IMG/VR virus record: IMGVR_UViG_2778261689_000004 | Source of the DNA: a virus | Lineage: Duplodnaviria > Heunggongvirae > Uroviricota > Caudoviricetes | Reading direction: 5' to 3' (one strand) | DNA length: 12,400 nucleotides | Shown: positions 1 through 8,338 of the stretch, piece by piece | Layout of the letters: each line of letters begins with the position of its first letter | How positions within the stretch are numbered: the stretch's first letter is position 1 | The notes under the pieces: model-generated | What the model was told of the DNA's origin: nothing | The model's input: the letters and a program-made list of their open reading frames with translations, nothing else | The model's database searches: none | Program-made: the position numbers and the translations under genes

Positions 1-411
1 ATGGATCAGGTAGTCATTTTTAAACAAATATTTGATAAAGTTCGAAACGATTTAAACTATCAATGGTTTTATTCTGAGCTAAAACGTCACAATGTCTCAC
101 ATTACATTTACTATTTAGCCACAGAGAATGTTCATATTGTATTAAAAAATGATAATACAGTGTTATTAAAGGGCCTAAAAAACATTGTGTCTGTCAAATT
201 TTCAAAGGATAGGCATCTTATAGAAACGACCTCTAATAAGCTGAAATCCAGAGAGATCACATTTCAGGAATACAGAAGAAACCTTGCTAAAGCAGGAGTT
301 TTTCGGTGGGTTACAAATATCCACGAACAAAAAAGATATTACTATACCTTTGATAATTCATTACTATTTACTGAAAGCATCCAGAAAACTACACAGATCT
401 TACCACGCTAA
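1..411 (+). CDS. ydfO: DUF1398-family prophage protein (YdfO-like), 136 aa
   Basis: Complete ATG-to-TAA ORF beginning at window position 1; translation matches my recollection of Qin YdfO/YbcV-type proteins; position left of gnsB fits the Qin gene order. Confidence 0.75.
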
Positions 412-419
412 ACCATAAC

Positions 420-448
420 GTCCGGCTTCTCTCACTCCTGAGCCGGAC
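420..448. terminator. Stem-loop between convergent ydfO and gnsB (possible bidirectional terminator)
   Basis: 8-bp inverted repeat GTCCGGCT (420-427) / AGCCGGAC (441-448) with a 13-nt loop, 9 nt after the ydfO stop; flanking U-tracts are weak on both strands. Confidence 0.3.
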
Positions 449-562
449 TGCATTGGTTTAATAAAAACCATCAACAATTGTGATTTAGATATTCGGAACC
501 ATTCAAATATAACAAAACCCCGTAAAAACGAGGTTTATGGATAAATTTTATTATTGAATACA

Positions 563-736
563 TCAGATTAAATTAATCTTGACATCATAGCTTTCAAGAC
601 CCGTCATTTTTTCCCGTGCGGTAAACTGAATACTGGTAACTTCTTTCCCGGTCTTTTTCTTAAGTTCAATAATTTTTTTTGTTATATATTCAGAAATATC
701 TGCTTCTGCTTTTGTTTTTAAGTTTTCAATATTCAT
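563..736 (-). CDS. gnsB: GnsB-like small protein, 57 aa (below the ORF-track length cutoff)
   Basis: Hand translation of the minus strand gives MNIENLKTKAEADISEYITKKIIELKKKTGKEVTSIQFTAREKMTGLESYDVKINLI, ATG at 736 and TGA at 563-565; closely resembles GnsA/GnsB as I recall them. Confidence 0.85.
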   Translation of the reverse strand: MNIENLKTKAEADISEYITKKIIELKKKTGKEVTSIQFTAREKMTGLESYDVKINLI

Positions 737-907
737 CATTTCCTCTTTTAGTCTGTTATGACTTTCCAGTTACACAGTAAGTCGATTATATGGTGCAAAC
801 GTGTAAAAGATAAGATGAAACATCGCAATAATCAACATACGATAGTCTAAATTTTACACAAACAGACAAAGAGAATTTTCCTGAATTATCAATGCAATAG
901 CATCAAA

Positions 908-1063
908 TCAACTCAAGAGCCTTATTGCTGCTTCCAGAATTTCTTCTGAAGTAACATGTCGATCCGCGGCTACATAAATGACTTTATGATCTCCGGTCAG
1001 AGATGGAAACCCTGCGGCCATTACAGTAAGGTGTGTTTTTTCGCCATTTGGATATTCACGCAT
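908..1063 (-). CDS. ynfN: YnfN-like small prophage protein, 51 aa
   Basis: Internal ATG at 1063 of the 63-aa track ORF (908..1099) gives MREYPNGEKTHLTVMAAGFPSLTGDHKVIYVAADRHVTSEEILEAAIRLLS; a GGAG Shine-Dalgarno lies about 10 nt upstream of this ATG and none before the longer start. Confidence 0.65.
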   Translation of the reverse strand: MREYPNGEKTHLTVMAAGFPSLTGDHKVIYVAADRHVTSEEILEAAIRLLS

Positions 1064-1408
1064 GATGGTGTTAACTCCAGTCATCGCTGGCACTACCACT
1101 GCTGGTTCAGAGTTAAAAAAACTATGATTTTTTTCATGATGTTACCGTAGTATGTGAGTATCCATCGAATAGACACCAAGCAAAAAAGCTCCCGAAGGAG
1201 CCTTCATTTTCACTTTTTTAAATCCAACGACAGACGGCTGGCATTTAAGTATTGTGAAATATTATCAAATGTAATCATCATTGATTTACAAAAGATACAT
1301 TTTGCCCCGAAAGGATTCATGTCAGAAACATCAAAAGATGATGTTCTATACTGGGAACCATGACAACACGGGCATCTAAAGTGAATATGGTTTGTAATAT
1401 TGTCTACC

Positions 1409-1621
1409 TCAAAGCGCCACTACATGAACAGCGGCAGGACCTTTAGGTCCGTTCTCAATACCAAATTCAACTTCCTGATTCTCAGTTAATGTTTTGAAAT
1501 CGTTGCTCTGAATTGCTGAGAAATGGACAAACACATCTTTGCTGCCATCTTTCGGCGTGATGAAACCAAAACCTTTTTCAGGGTTAAACCATTTCACTAA
1601 ACCAGTCATTTTGTTAGACAT
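1409..1621 (-). CDS. cspI: Cold-shock protein CspI (CspA family), 70 aa
   Basis: [23 protein letters not shown]... cold-shock domain with both RNP motifs; ATG at 1619-1621, TGA at 1409-1411. Confidence 0.95.
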   Translation of the reverse strand: MSNKMTGLVKWFNPEKGFGFITPKDGSKDVFVHFSAIQSNDFKTLTENQEVEFGIENGPKGPAAVHVVAL

Positions 1622-1772
1622 AATTATTACCTTTTGAAGAAATTAGCCCTTGGGCAGAATGGTCCGAAAAAAAATATCAGAGAGAAAAACCAACAAGGAA
1701 ATCTCAAGAGGTACAAATAATAAAATTATAACAATGACTGCTTCAGATAAATTTGTAACAAACCAGAACACC

Positions 1773-1801
1773 ATTAACGCATGATTAACCACCCATAGCA
1801 A
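1773..1801 (-). promoter_or_regulatory. Candidate sigma70 promoter of cspI (-35 TTGCTA, 17-bp spacer, -10 GTTAAT)
   Basis: Minus-strand hexamers with 17-bp spacing about 150 nt upstream of the cspI ATG, consistent with the long 5' UTRs of cspA-family genes; shares the 11-mer ATGCGTTAATG with the cspB promoter candidate. Confidence 0.4.
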
Positions 1802-1983
1802 GGATTACTTTTGTAAAGAAAAACACAGCAATGAAAGAATAGCTTTATTTATTAATAAAACGTGTCATTCTGATTAAGACCTTTTATCTTACCCTTAAGA
1901 TTTCAGGAATTTTGGCTCATGGAAGAGTCCTTTTTATTTAAATTTTACATTCCGCGATGTAAATGTTCCGATTTAATATTACC

Positions 1984-3007
<1,024 letters not shown>

Positions 3008-3011
<4 letters not shown>

Positions 3012-3319
3012 AGATATTTATGATGAGGACGCTCGTGCTTATTGGCAGGATTTTCAATCTTAAAGGAGTACTGATGCTGCAGATAAGACTCAACTTTTTC
3101 TGACAATTTTTCTGCTACTTCCAGGAAGACTTGCCGGACGCTCCTTCTGGCTGCTGCCTCATAAAACTCCAGCGCAGCTCCTTCAACACGGTCCATGGCG
3201 ACATCCAGGTCAAAAATTTCACCGTCAAAGCGTTCTTTGTCCTGTAAGGCTACAGTTACCGTAACTTTATTCTCAAAATTACGGACTCCTTTCACAACCA
3301 GTTCATAGTCTTGAGTCAT
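3008..3319 (-). CDS. ydfR: DUF1327-family prophage protein (YdfR-like), 103 aa
   Basis: ATG at 3317-3319 preceded by an AGGAGAG ribosome-binding site; sits between holin and endolysin as YdfR does in Qin. Confidence 0.8.
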
Positions 3320-3323
3320 TGGA

Positions 3324-3539
3324 TTACTCTCCTCTCGCAGCCTTACGCCTGTCTTCTTTAATCTTGAAATAAAGATTTGTCAGATACGTCAGCAGGCCAA
3401 AAACCAGGCTACCCAGCACACCGATTGCAGCCCACTGTGACGGAGTTACTTTATCGAGTAACTGCAATGCCCAGAAACCAGCATTACCCGCCGATGTGCC
3501 ATAGGCAACACCTGTTGTTAACTTATCCATTGATTTCAT
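3324..3539 (-). CDS. essQ: Phage 21-type pinholin (S21-like holin/antiholin with dual start), 71 aa
   Basis: [28 protein letters not shown]...: dual-start motif M-K-S-M, Gly/Ala-rich first helix, second helix, charged C-terminus ([13 protein letters not shown]); GAGG ribosome-binding site before the ATG at 3539. The 96-aa track ORF is an in-frame upstream extension. Confidence 0.85.
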   Translation of the reverse strand: MKSMDKLTTGVAYGTSAGNAGFWALQLLDKVTPSQWAAIGVLGSLVFGLLTYLTNLYFKIKEDRRKAARGE

Positions 3540-3758
3540 ATCCTCACCCCGATGTACACGGATGGTGCAATATGTTTGAAAAGATCGGAGTCTACGGGGT
3601 AGTTTTGACAGCACACGTTGTTCTCAACGGCGCTAAAAAAACATACACATTAAAAATGTGGGTAATTATTTTGAAAGAAAGTCATATATAAAATAATAAT
3701 ACGAGAAATGTTTTCATATTTAGTGTACTGTATACGGCCATTTATACAGGAAAAGCCT

Positions 3759-3929
3759 ATGTCAGAACGTAAAAACTCAAAATCACGCTGTAATTATCTC
3801 GTTAAATGTTCCTGCCCAAACTGCACCCAAGAGTCAGAACACAGTTTTTCAAGAGTACAAAAAGGTGCCCTTTTGATCTGCCCTCATTGCAACAAAGTAT
3901 TCCAGACAAATCTTAAAGCTGTAGCCTGA
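3759..3929 (+). CDS. Small zinc-ribbon protein, 56 aa (possibly YnfU-equivalent)
   Basis: MSERKNSKSRCNYLVKCSCPNCTQESEHSFSRVQKGALLICPHCNKVFQTNLKAVA with paired CxxC motifs (CPNC ... CPHC); AGGA about 8 nt before the ATG at 3759; the 17-codon upstream extension of the track ORF has no ribosome-binding site. Confidence 0.5.
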   Translation: MSERKNSKSRCNYLVKCSCPNCTQESEHSFSRVQKGALLICPHCNKVFQTNLKAVA

Positions 3930-3985
3930 TTGATTTTATTAGTAACAAGTATTTTTTATATTTTAATAATATATTTAAAGCAGAT

Positions 3986-4011
3986 AATAAAAAACCCGCC
4001 TGAGCGGGTTT
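3986..4011 (-). terminator. Rho-independent terminator (strong on the minus strand)
   Basis: Stem AAACCCGC / GCGGGTTT with loop CTGA (3992-4011); on the minus strand it is followed by UUUUUUAUUAU. Lies about 280 nt downstream of cspB and 63 nt downstream of the zinc-ribbon ORF. Confidence 0.5.
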
Positions 4012-4292
4012 GAGATTGTGGTGCTTTTTGTGGGAGTCATCCACTTACGCACTTTGTTTTGCCATGCCAGCAGTTAGCTTCTGCTGTAAAACTATTCATG
4101 CAGCAAACCTGCACTTCACCACAATGGTTAGCATACTTTTCCTGATTAAGATTTTGCCAAATATGCTAGCCATTGTTTCATGTATTGGACCTCCTTACTT
4201 TTTATTAAAGAGATCCAATATTCACTACTCTGTCCGTATCTCTACTCAGGCATCAGCCTTCTTCGTTATCGTATACAGACGAGCGATGAATT

Positions 4293-4508
4293 TTAATCAG
4301 TAATGATGACATTTGCTGCTGCAGGACCTTTAGCACCACTCTCTATAGAGAAGGTAACCTTTTGACCTTCAAATAAGGTTCGATAATTATCATTCTGAAT
4401 CGCAGAAAAATGCACAAACACATCTTTACTACCATCAACAGGAGAAATAAAGCCGAAACCTTTATCAGCGTTAAACCATTTTACTAAACCAGTCATTTTA
4501 TTTGACAT
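4293..4508 (-). CDS. cspB: Cold-shock protein CspB (CspA family), 71 aa
   Basis: [38 protein letters not shown]...; AGGA ribosome-binding site; 5' UTR contains GCCGAAAGGC (plus-strand reverse complement at 4528-4537), which I recall as the cspA-family upstream box. Confidence 0.95.
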   Translation of the reverse strand: MSNKMTGLVKWFNADKGFGFISPVDGSKDVFVHFSAIQNDNYRTLFEGQKVTFSIESGAKGPAAANVIITD

Positions 4509-4675
4509 TCTACATTCCTTAACTTGAGCCTTTCGGCATAAATGGTTTGCATAACAGAAACGACTTCGTACTTAATTGGAGAGACTCAAAGAAGGAATAA
4601 GTGAATAACACCTGAAATGAGAACTGCTTTAGTAAACTACTTCGTATATCGTCTGTTCTTCAAACCGACGCAATC

Positions 4676-4704
4676 ATTAACGCATAGTTGAACATATGAA
4701 GCAA
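4676..4704 (-). promoter_or_regulatory. Candidate sigma70 promoter of cspB (-35 TTGCTT, 17-bp spacer, -10 GTTAAT)
   Basis: Hexamers about 160 nt upstream of the cspB ATG, matching the long cspB 5' UTR I recall; AT-rich UP-like tract just upstream; same ATGCGTTAATG element as at cspI. Confidence 0.4.
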
Positions 4705-4808
4705 TGTTTATTTTAGACATCCAGCCATCTTCAACCCCATCAAAAAACTATAGCTTTCTTCAGGAACGTGTGTATAGTGCGCCAAGTTATCAGTATTAAG
4801 GAATTTTT

Positions 4809-5021
4809 TTGTCCCGTAAAATGACAGGAATTGTCAAAACCTTTGACGGCAAAAGCGGCAAGGGTCTTATCACCCCATCCGATGGTCGTATCGATGTCCA
4901 GCTTCATGTTTCAGCGCTCAATCTCCGCGATGCAGAAGAAATTACCACCGGATTACGCGTGGAATTTTGCCGGATAAATGGTCTGCGTGGCCCTTCAGCT
5001 GCCAATGTTTACCTTTCATGA
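4809..5021 (+). CDS. cspF: Cold-shock-domain protein CspF, 70 aa, apparent TTG start
   Basis: Translation [38 protein letters not shown]... requires TTG at 4809; AAGGA lies 6 nt upstream; the first in-frame ATG (4821) is 19 nt from that site. Confidence 0.85.
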
Positions 5022-5313
5022 GCTATATTAAAGCTTTAATTTCAGGCCCCATCGGATCACACATGGAGAGTTTTTATGAATAACCCCGTCTGTCTTGATG
5101 ACTGGTTGATTGGCTTTAAAAGCTTATGCTGTACTTTGGCCGTAATAGCTCTGCTAATAATATAATAAGCAGACTCATTGTGTTTAGGGACATTGTACTG
5201 GAAGAAAACATTTTAAACATCAGGCAAATAACCAAGTCACCAGCTAAATAATAAGTTAACAGACATGAGTCCCGGGATGAGATTCAACATTACCATTGCC
5301 CCATTTAAAGCAC

Positions 5314-5337
5314 AAAACCCGCTCATCAGCGGGTTTT
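5314..5337. terminator. Intrinsic terminator hairpin between cspF and quuQ (candidate tR'-like site for the late transcript and/or cspF terminator)
   Basis: Stem AAAACCCGC / GCGGGTTTT with loop TCATCA; the plus strand continues with a T-rich tract (CTACTTTTTC) and the minus strand with UUUUGUGCUUU. Confidence 0.5.
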
Positions 5338-5382
5338 CTACTTTTTCTTAACGTCGGGTATACAAAGCCCATCGTTGAAAAA

Positions 5383-5411
5383 ATTTTATCCATATTTTTT
5401 GAAAAATGCAA
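5383..5411 (-). promoter_or_regulatory. Candidate late promoter (PR'-like) just downstream of quuQ: -35 TTGCAT, 17-bp spacer, -10 TAAAAT
   Basis: Near-consensus sigma70 hexamers on the minus strand starting 32 bp after the quuQ stop; the hairpin at 5314-5337 lies about 40-60 nt downstream of the predicted start site, as in lambdoid PR'-qut-tR' modules. Confidence 0.45.
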
Positions 5412-5442
5412 ACATCATGTCGCCATCTTCAGCAAAAATCAT

Positions 5443-6195
5443 TTATCTCGTCACCTTCCTCAATTGCGCTTCCGCGTATGCTTCTTCCTGCCAGCACTTT
5501 GTTACCAGTTTACCAATGACGTCCGCATACCCCTTATACCACTGATAATCGGTCAGGTCTGGTACCAGCTTCTGGACATGACGTCGTGCCAGCGTGGTCG
5601 GTAAACGACTAAACCGGTTTCCATTACAACGCCCACAAATCTTATATACCGGTACGCCATGAAACCGGGTTCTTTTTTCATCCAGAACAATCCCTTTACC
5701 CTTACACCCTCTGCACGCTGTGCTGGCTTCGCCCTTACCATGGCAATGCTGACATAGTTCCTTCACCCATTCTTCCTTGATTACAGATTCCCCGCGTCTG
5801 TAGTGTTTCACCACTTCGCGCAATACATTATAAAATCCCGTACCTGAACAATGCTCACAGCGAGCCTTACTTGCCGCAGACCTGGAGTAATCAGCAAAGG
5901 CAAAACTCACGAGGTAAGGAATAATCTGTAACCGGATTTCTTCACTCAATTTGTTCAATGTCGGGTTATCCAGTGCCATCGCGTAATTTAGCAGGCCTTC
6001 AATCGCAAACTGAGGGTCCTGAACACCAACTTTTGCCAGAAATAAGGCCAACCCAAGTGGTGCTTTCGACTGCACCATCCCCTGCGCTGCCATTACATCC
6101 GTAATTGTTAAACAACCGGTGCCTGTCGCTGGAGCGTCATCGCTCAATTTTGGAGATTTTGGGGAGTAATATTTTGGTAAGGCTTCAAGGTTCAT
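5443..6195 (-). CDS. quuQ: Lambdoid Q-family late antiterminator, 250 aa
   Basis: Start chosen at ATG 6193-6195 (MNLEALPKYY...) with GGAG upstream; C-terminal Cys-rich motifs (CQHCHGKGE...CRGCKGKG); sits immediately upstream of the candidate late promoter. Confidence 0.85.
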   Translation of the reverse strand: MNLEALPKYYSPKSPKLSDDAPATGTGCLTITDVMAAQGMVQSKAPLGLALFLAKVGVQDPQFAIEGLLNYAMALDNPTLNKLSEEIRLQIIPYLVSFAFADYSRSAASKARCEHCSGTGFYNVLREVVKHYRRGESVIKEEWVKELCQHCHGKGEASTACRGCKGKGIVLDEKRTRFHGVPVYKICGRCNGNRFSRLPTTLARRHVQKLVPDLTDYQWYKGYADVIGKLVTKCWQEEAYAEAQLRKVTR

Positions 6196-6208
6196 GCTCG
6201 TTCTCCAC

Positions 6209-6826
6209 TTACGCCAGTACGCCAATTGCCAGCGCGCGATCGATAAAACGAAATATCAGCTCCAGTTGGGAGCCATACTTATCTTCAAATGCCACTGTAT
6301 CCGTATGCAGCTCGTTGTGATGCTTTCTGCACAAAGGCAACACAAAGAGATCATGTGCTTTTGTTCCCATTCCGCCCTGCCCGTGACCAATCAGATGATG
6401 CGGATCGTCGGCTGGCATACCGCAGCAAGCACACGGCTGTGTCTTAACCCAACGTGTGTATTTCTCCTTAACCCAGCGGCGACGTTTAGGCAGCTTCATG
6501 AAAGATTCCGGAGACTCTGGATCAACGGTGATGCTTACCACCGTCTTTTCCTGTGGTGATTTTTGTTGCTGGTGGGCGTAAGGCAACGGTGCAAGATTTT
6601 TTGTGCGTTGTTTCAATATGCTGGTGGCGGTCTGCTCTCCCGGTACGATGTCGCTTTCGCGGTACACCGAGCAGATTTTTTCCGCTGGTAATCCCAGCGA
6701 ACGACGCGATACAGCCTCAGGTAGTGCATCCACCACCTGATTGCAGACCGCCCACCAGGATAATTCAGCCAAAGATAATTCCCGCTCCTGCGTACCGCTT
6801 ATTGCGTGACGGATGACGTCAATCAC
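6209..6826 (-). CDS. ydfU: DUF968-family prophage protein with Cys/His-rich motif (YdfU-like), 205 aa from a GTG start
   Basis: Motif CACCGMPADDPHHLIGHGQGG...LPLCRKHHNELH (zinc-binding/HNH-like). ORF starts at GTG 6824-6826 with an in-frame stop 25 codons upstream (6902-6904); shorter than the K-12 YdfU I recall. Confidence 0.7.
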   Translation of the reverse strand: MIDVIRHAISGTQERELSLAELSWWAVCNQVVDALPEAVSRRSLGLPAEKICSVYRESDIVPGEQTATSILKQRTKNLAPLPYAHQQQKSPQEKTVVSITVDPESPESFMKLPKRRRWVKEKYTRWVKTQPCACCGMPADDPHHLIGHGQGGMGTKAHDLFVLPLCRKHHNELHTDTVAFEDKYGSQLELIFRFIDRALAIGVLA

Positions 6827-6951
6827 CCATGCTGTCAGATTTTGTTGAGCAAGCAGCTCCAGTGATTCCGATGTCTGGTCCCTCTTATCCCTGCGCGCTA
6901 CTTAAGTATTTTTGATTCTATTCCGGCACCGTCCAGAACTTCAAACGCGTT

Positions 6952-6984
6952 GAAAATAAAAACAAAAACCCGCCGAAGCGGGTT
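6952..6984 (-). terminator. Rho-independent terminator of the relB-relE-hokD operon
   Basis: Stem AACCCGC / GCGGGTT with loop CGAA (6967-6984), followed on the minus strand by UUUGUUUUUAUUUU; about 70 nt downstream of the hokD stop. Confidence 0.6.
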
Positions 6985-7052
6985 AAGTGCGGGTGCGTTG
7001 AGGATGCCTGCCACATCAGAGGTGGCGAGGGATTTCTCCCCCGCCGGGTCTC

Positions 7053-7208
7053 TTACTCCTCAGGTTCGTAAGCTGTGAAGACAGCGACCTCCGTCTGGCC
7101 GGTTCGGATTCGTACCTCGCAGAGGTCTTTCCTCGTTACCAGTGCCGTCACTATGACGGTTAAACAGATGACGATCAGGGCGATTAACATCGCCTTTTGC
7201 TGCTTCAT
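7053..7208 (-). CDS. hokD: Hok-family type I toxin HokD (RelF), 51 aa (below the ORF-track cutoff)
   Basis: Hand translation gives MKQQKAMLIALIVICLTVIVTALVTRKDLCEVRIRTGQTEVAVFTAYEPEE; AGGAG ribosome-binding site upstream; immediately downstream of relE. Confidence 0.9.
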   Translation of the reverse strand: MKQQKAMLIALIVICLTVIVTALVTRKDLCEVRIRTGQTEVAVFTAYEPEE

Positions 7209-7279
7209 AGCCTGCTTCTCCTGTCAACGCAAAGCAGAAGTGTCACCTTCGGTGCGAAACAGAGATGTCATGCTTTGGT

Positions 7280-7567
7280 TCAGAGAATGCGTTTGACCGC
7301 CTCGCTATATACTTCCGAGCGTTCTCTTTTCCCAACAGAAATCACGAAAACGACAACTTTCTCGTCTATAACCTGGTATACAAGGCGATAGCCTGAAGAC
7401 CGGAGCTTAATCTTGTAACAATCAGGCATACCACGGAGCTTGTTTGCTTCAATCCGGGGTGACTCAAGTACTTCAACCAGCTTCTTTTTCAACTGTTCAC
7501 GTACCGTCGAGCCCAGCTTTCGCCATTCCTTTAGTGCCCGCTCGTCAAAATCCAGAAAATACGCCAT
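7280..7567 (-). CDS. relE: RelE mRNA-interferase toxin, 95 aa
   Basis: MAYFLDFDERALKEWRKLGSTVREQLKKKL... matches RelE as I recall it; start overlaps the relB stop. Confidence 0.95.
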   Translation of the reverse strand: MAYFLDFDERALKEWRKLGSTVREQLKKKLVEVLESPRIEANKLRGMPDCYKIKLRSSGYRLVYQVIDEKVVVFVISVGKRERSEVYSEAVKRIL

Positions 7568-7806
7568 CAGAGTTCATCCAGCGTCACACGTACTGGCTTA
7601 GGATTACGAAGCCGTTCTTTCACTATCTCCACAAGTTCAGCATCTTCATCACTCAGGAGTGTCTGTTTGAACGGCAAGCGTTCATTGTCAGCGATATACT
7701 CGAGCATGAGACGAAGCGCTTCAGAAGGAGTTACACCCATTTTTTCAAGCGCGGCGTAAGAACGCGCTTTAAGTTCATCGTCAATACGCAGGTTAATGCT
7801 ACCCAT
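7567..7806 (-). CDS. relB: RelB antitoxin, 79 aa
   Basis: MGSINLRIDDELKARSYAALEKMGVTPSEALRLMLEYIAD... matches RelB as I recall it; ATG at 7804-7806. Confidence 0.95.
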   Translation of the reverse strand: MGSINLRIDDELKARSYAALEKMGVTPSEALRLMLEYIADNERLPFKQTLLSDEDAELVEIVKERLRNPKPVRVTLDEL

Positions 7807-7817
7807 GTCTTACACCT

Positions 7818-7870
7818 CTTGTAATTACAAATGTCATTACAAGTATCGCACTACAACATGCTTAGGGCAA
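7818..7870 (-). promoter_or_regulatory. relBE promoter/operator region (relO-like hexad repeats plus candidate -35 TTGCCC / -10 GATACT)
   Basis: Perfect 12-bp palindrome TTGTAATTACAA (7819-7830), and flanking inverted repeats CTTGTAAT (7818-7825) / ATTACAAG (7836-7843), lie 12-37 bp upstream of the relB ATG; candidate -10 at 7842-7847 and -35 at 7865-7870 with a 17-bp spacer. Confidence 0.55.
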
Positions 7871-8136
7871 GTCACGAAGGAAGTCAGAAAGTAGTCGTAA
7901 GAACGGTGATCACTGTCCGCTTTGTGCCAGGAGCAGCCATTGCTAAGTCCATCCTGTATTGTGCAGGTCAGCTCGTTTTTAAAGAGTCCGGCCATCATCT
8001 TACTGGTACAGACACCATATACTTTGTGACGGTCAGGCTACATATGCACAACTCAACTTATTCATCTATTTTTTGCTTTAGCATGTCAGTGTTGCTTTCT
8101 CGTCGGCGGGTGAGCGGTGACCTGACCTGTCGATAA
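7831..8136 (+). CDS. ydfV: Doubtful ORF overlapping the relBE operator (position of K-12 ydfV), 101 aa
   Basis: ATG-initiated ORF with no ribosome-binding site, starting inside the relO palindromes; low-complexity translation. Listed only because an ORF is annotated here in K-12 as I recall. Confidence 0.25.
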   Translation: MSLQVSHYNMLRASHEGSQKVVVRTVITVRFVPGAAIAKSILYCAGQLVFKESGHHLTGTDTIYFVTVRLHMHNSTYSSIFCFSMSVLLSRRRVSGDLTCR

Positions 8137-8288
8137 AGGAACGTAACACGTTTTATGCAACACCCGCATGCGGCAGAAAATTATTGCCGAACGTTTACCC
8201 CTGTCAACAAGCTTTACTTTCTGAGGCGCGCCAGCCCGCGAGGAAAACAATCTGAACATCAAACAATTAATGACACAAGAAATACGAT

Positions 8289-8315
8289 TAAAGATTTTTT
8301 TGTGCATGCCGATAG
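8289..8315 (+). promoter_or_regulatory. Sigma28 (FliA) class 3 flagellar promoter upstream of flxA
   Basis: TAAAGATT-N11-GCCGATAG against the consensus TAAAGTTT-N11-GCCGATAA; followed by AAAGGAG and the flxA ATG at 8339. Confidence 0.7.
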
Positions 8316-8338
8316 TGCTTTTTTAAAAGGAGAAATCT

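Noticed and set aside
908-1099. 63-aa version of the ynfN ORF starting at the upstream ATG
   Set aside because: No ribosome-binding site before the upstream ATG; the internal ATG at 1063 has a GGAG at good spacing and gives the 51-aa product I recall for ynfN.
956-1363. Plus-strand ORFs 956..1150 (64 aa) and 1154..1363 (69 aa)
   Set aside because: Antisense to or downstream of ynfN, with low-complexity translations, no ribosome-binding sites and no recognisable motifs.
3324-3614. 96-aa N-terminally extended holin ORF
   Set aside because: The extension ([25 protein letters not shown]) has no ribosome-binding site, whereas the MKSM dual-start has GAGG upstream and gives the canonical 71-aa pinholin.
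3377-3691. Plus-strand 104-aa ORF overlapping essQ
   Set aside because: Antisense to the holin gene; no ribosome-binding site or motifs.
4010-4303. Plus-strand 97-aa ORF in the cspB 3' region
   Set aside because: Cys/Phe-rich low-complexity translation and no ribosome-binding site; more likely 3' UTR or leader DNA of the late transcript.
5296-5741. ORFs 5296..5604 (+) and 5553..5741 (-) overlapping quuQ
   Set aside because: Alternate-frame or antisense shadows of the Q coding sequence.
6105-6816. Plus-strand ORFs 6105..6320, 6194..6559 and 6553..6816
   Set aside because: Antisense to quuQ and the ydfU-like gene; no independent support.
7086-7100. tRNA T-loop-like string GGTTCGGATTCG
   Set aside because: Lies inside the hokD coding sequence with no surrounding cloverleaf complementarity; no tRNA or tmRNA is supported anywhere in the window.
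7075-7824. Plus-strand ORFs 7075..7296, 7197..7391 and 7444..7824, antisense to hokD/relE/relB
   Set aside because: Antisense shadows of three well-supported genes; the 7075..7296 ORF was considered as a misplaced rem but its translation is low-complexity with no ribosome-binding site.
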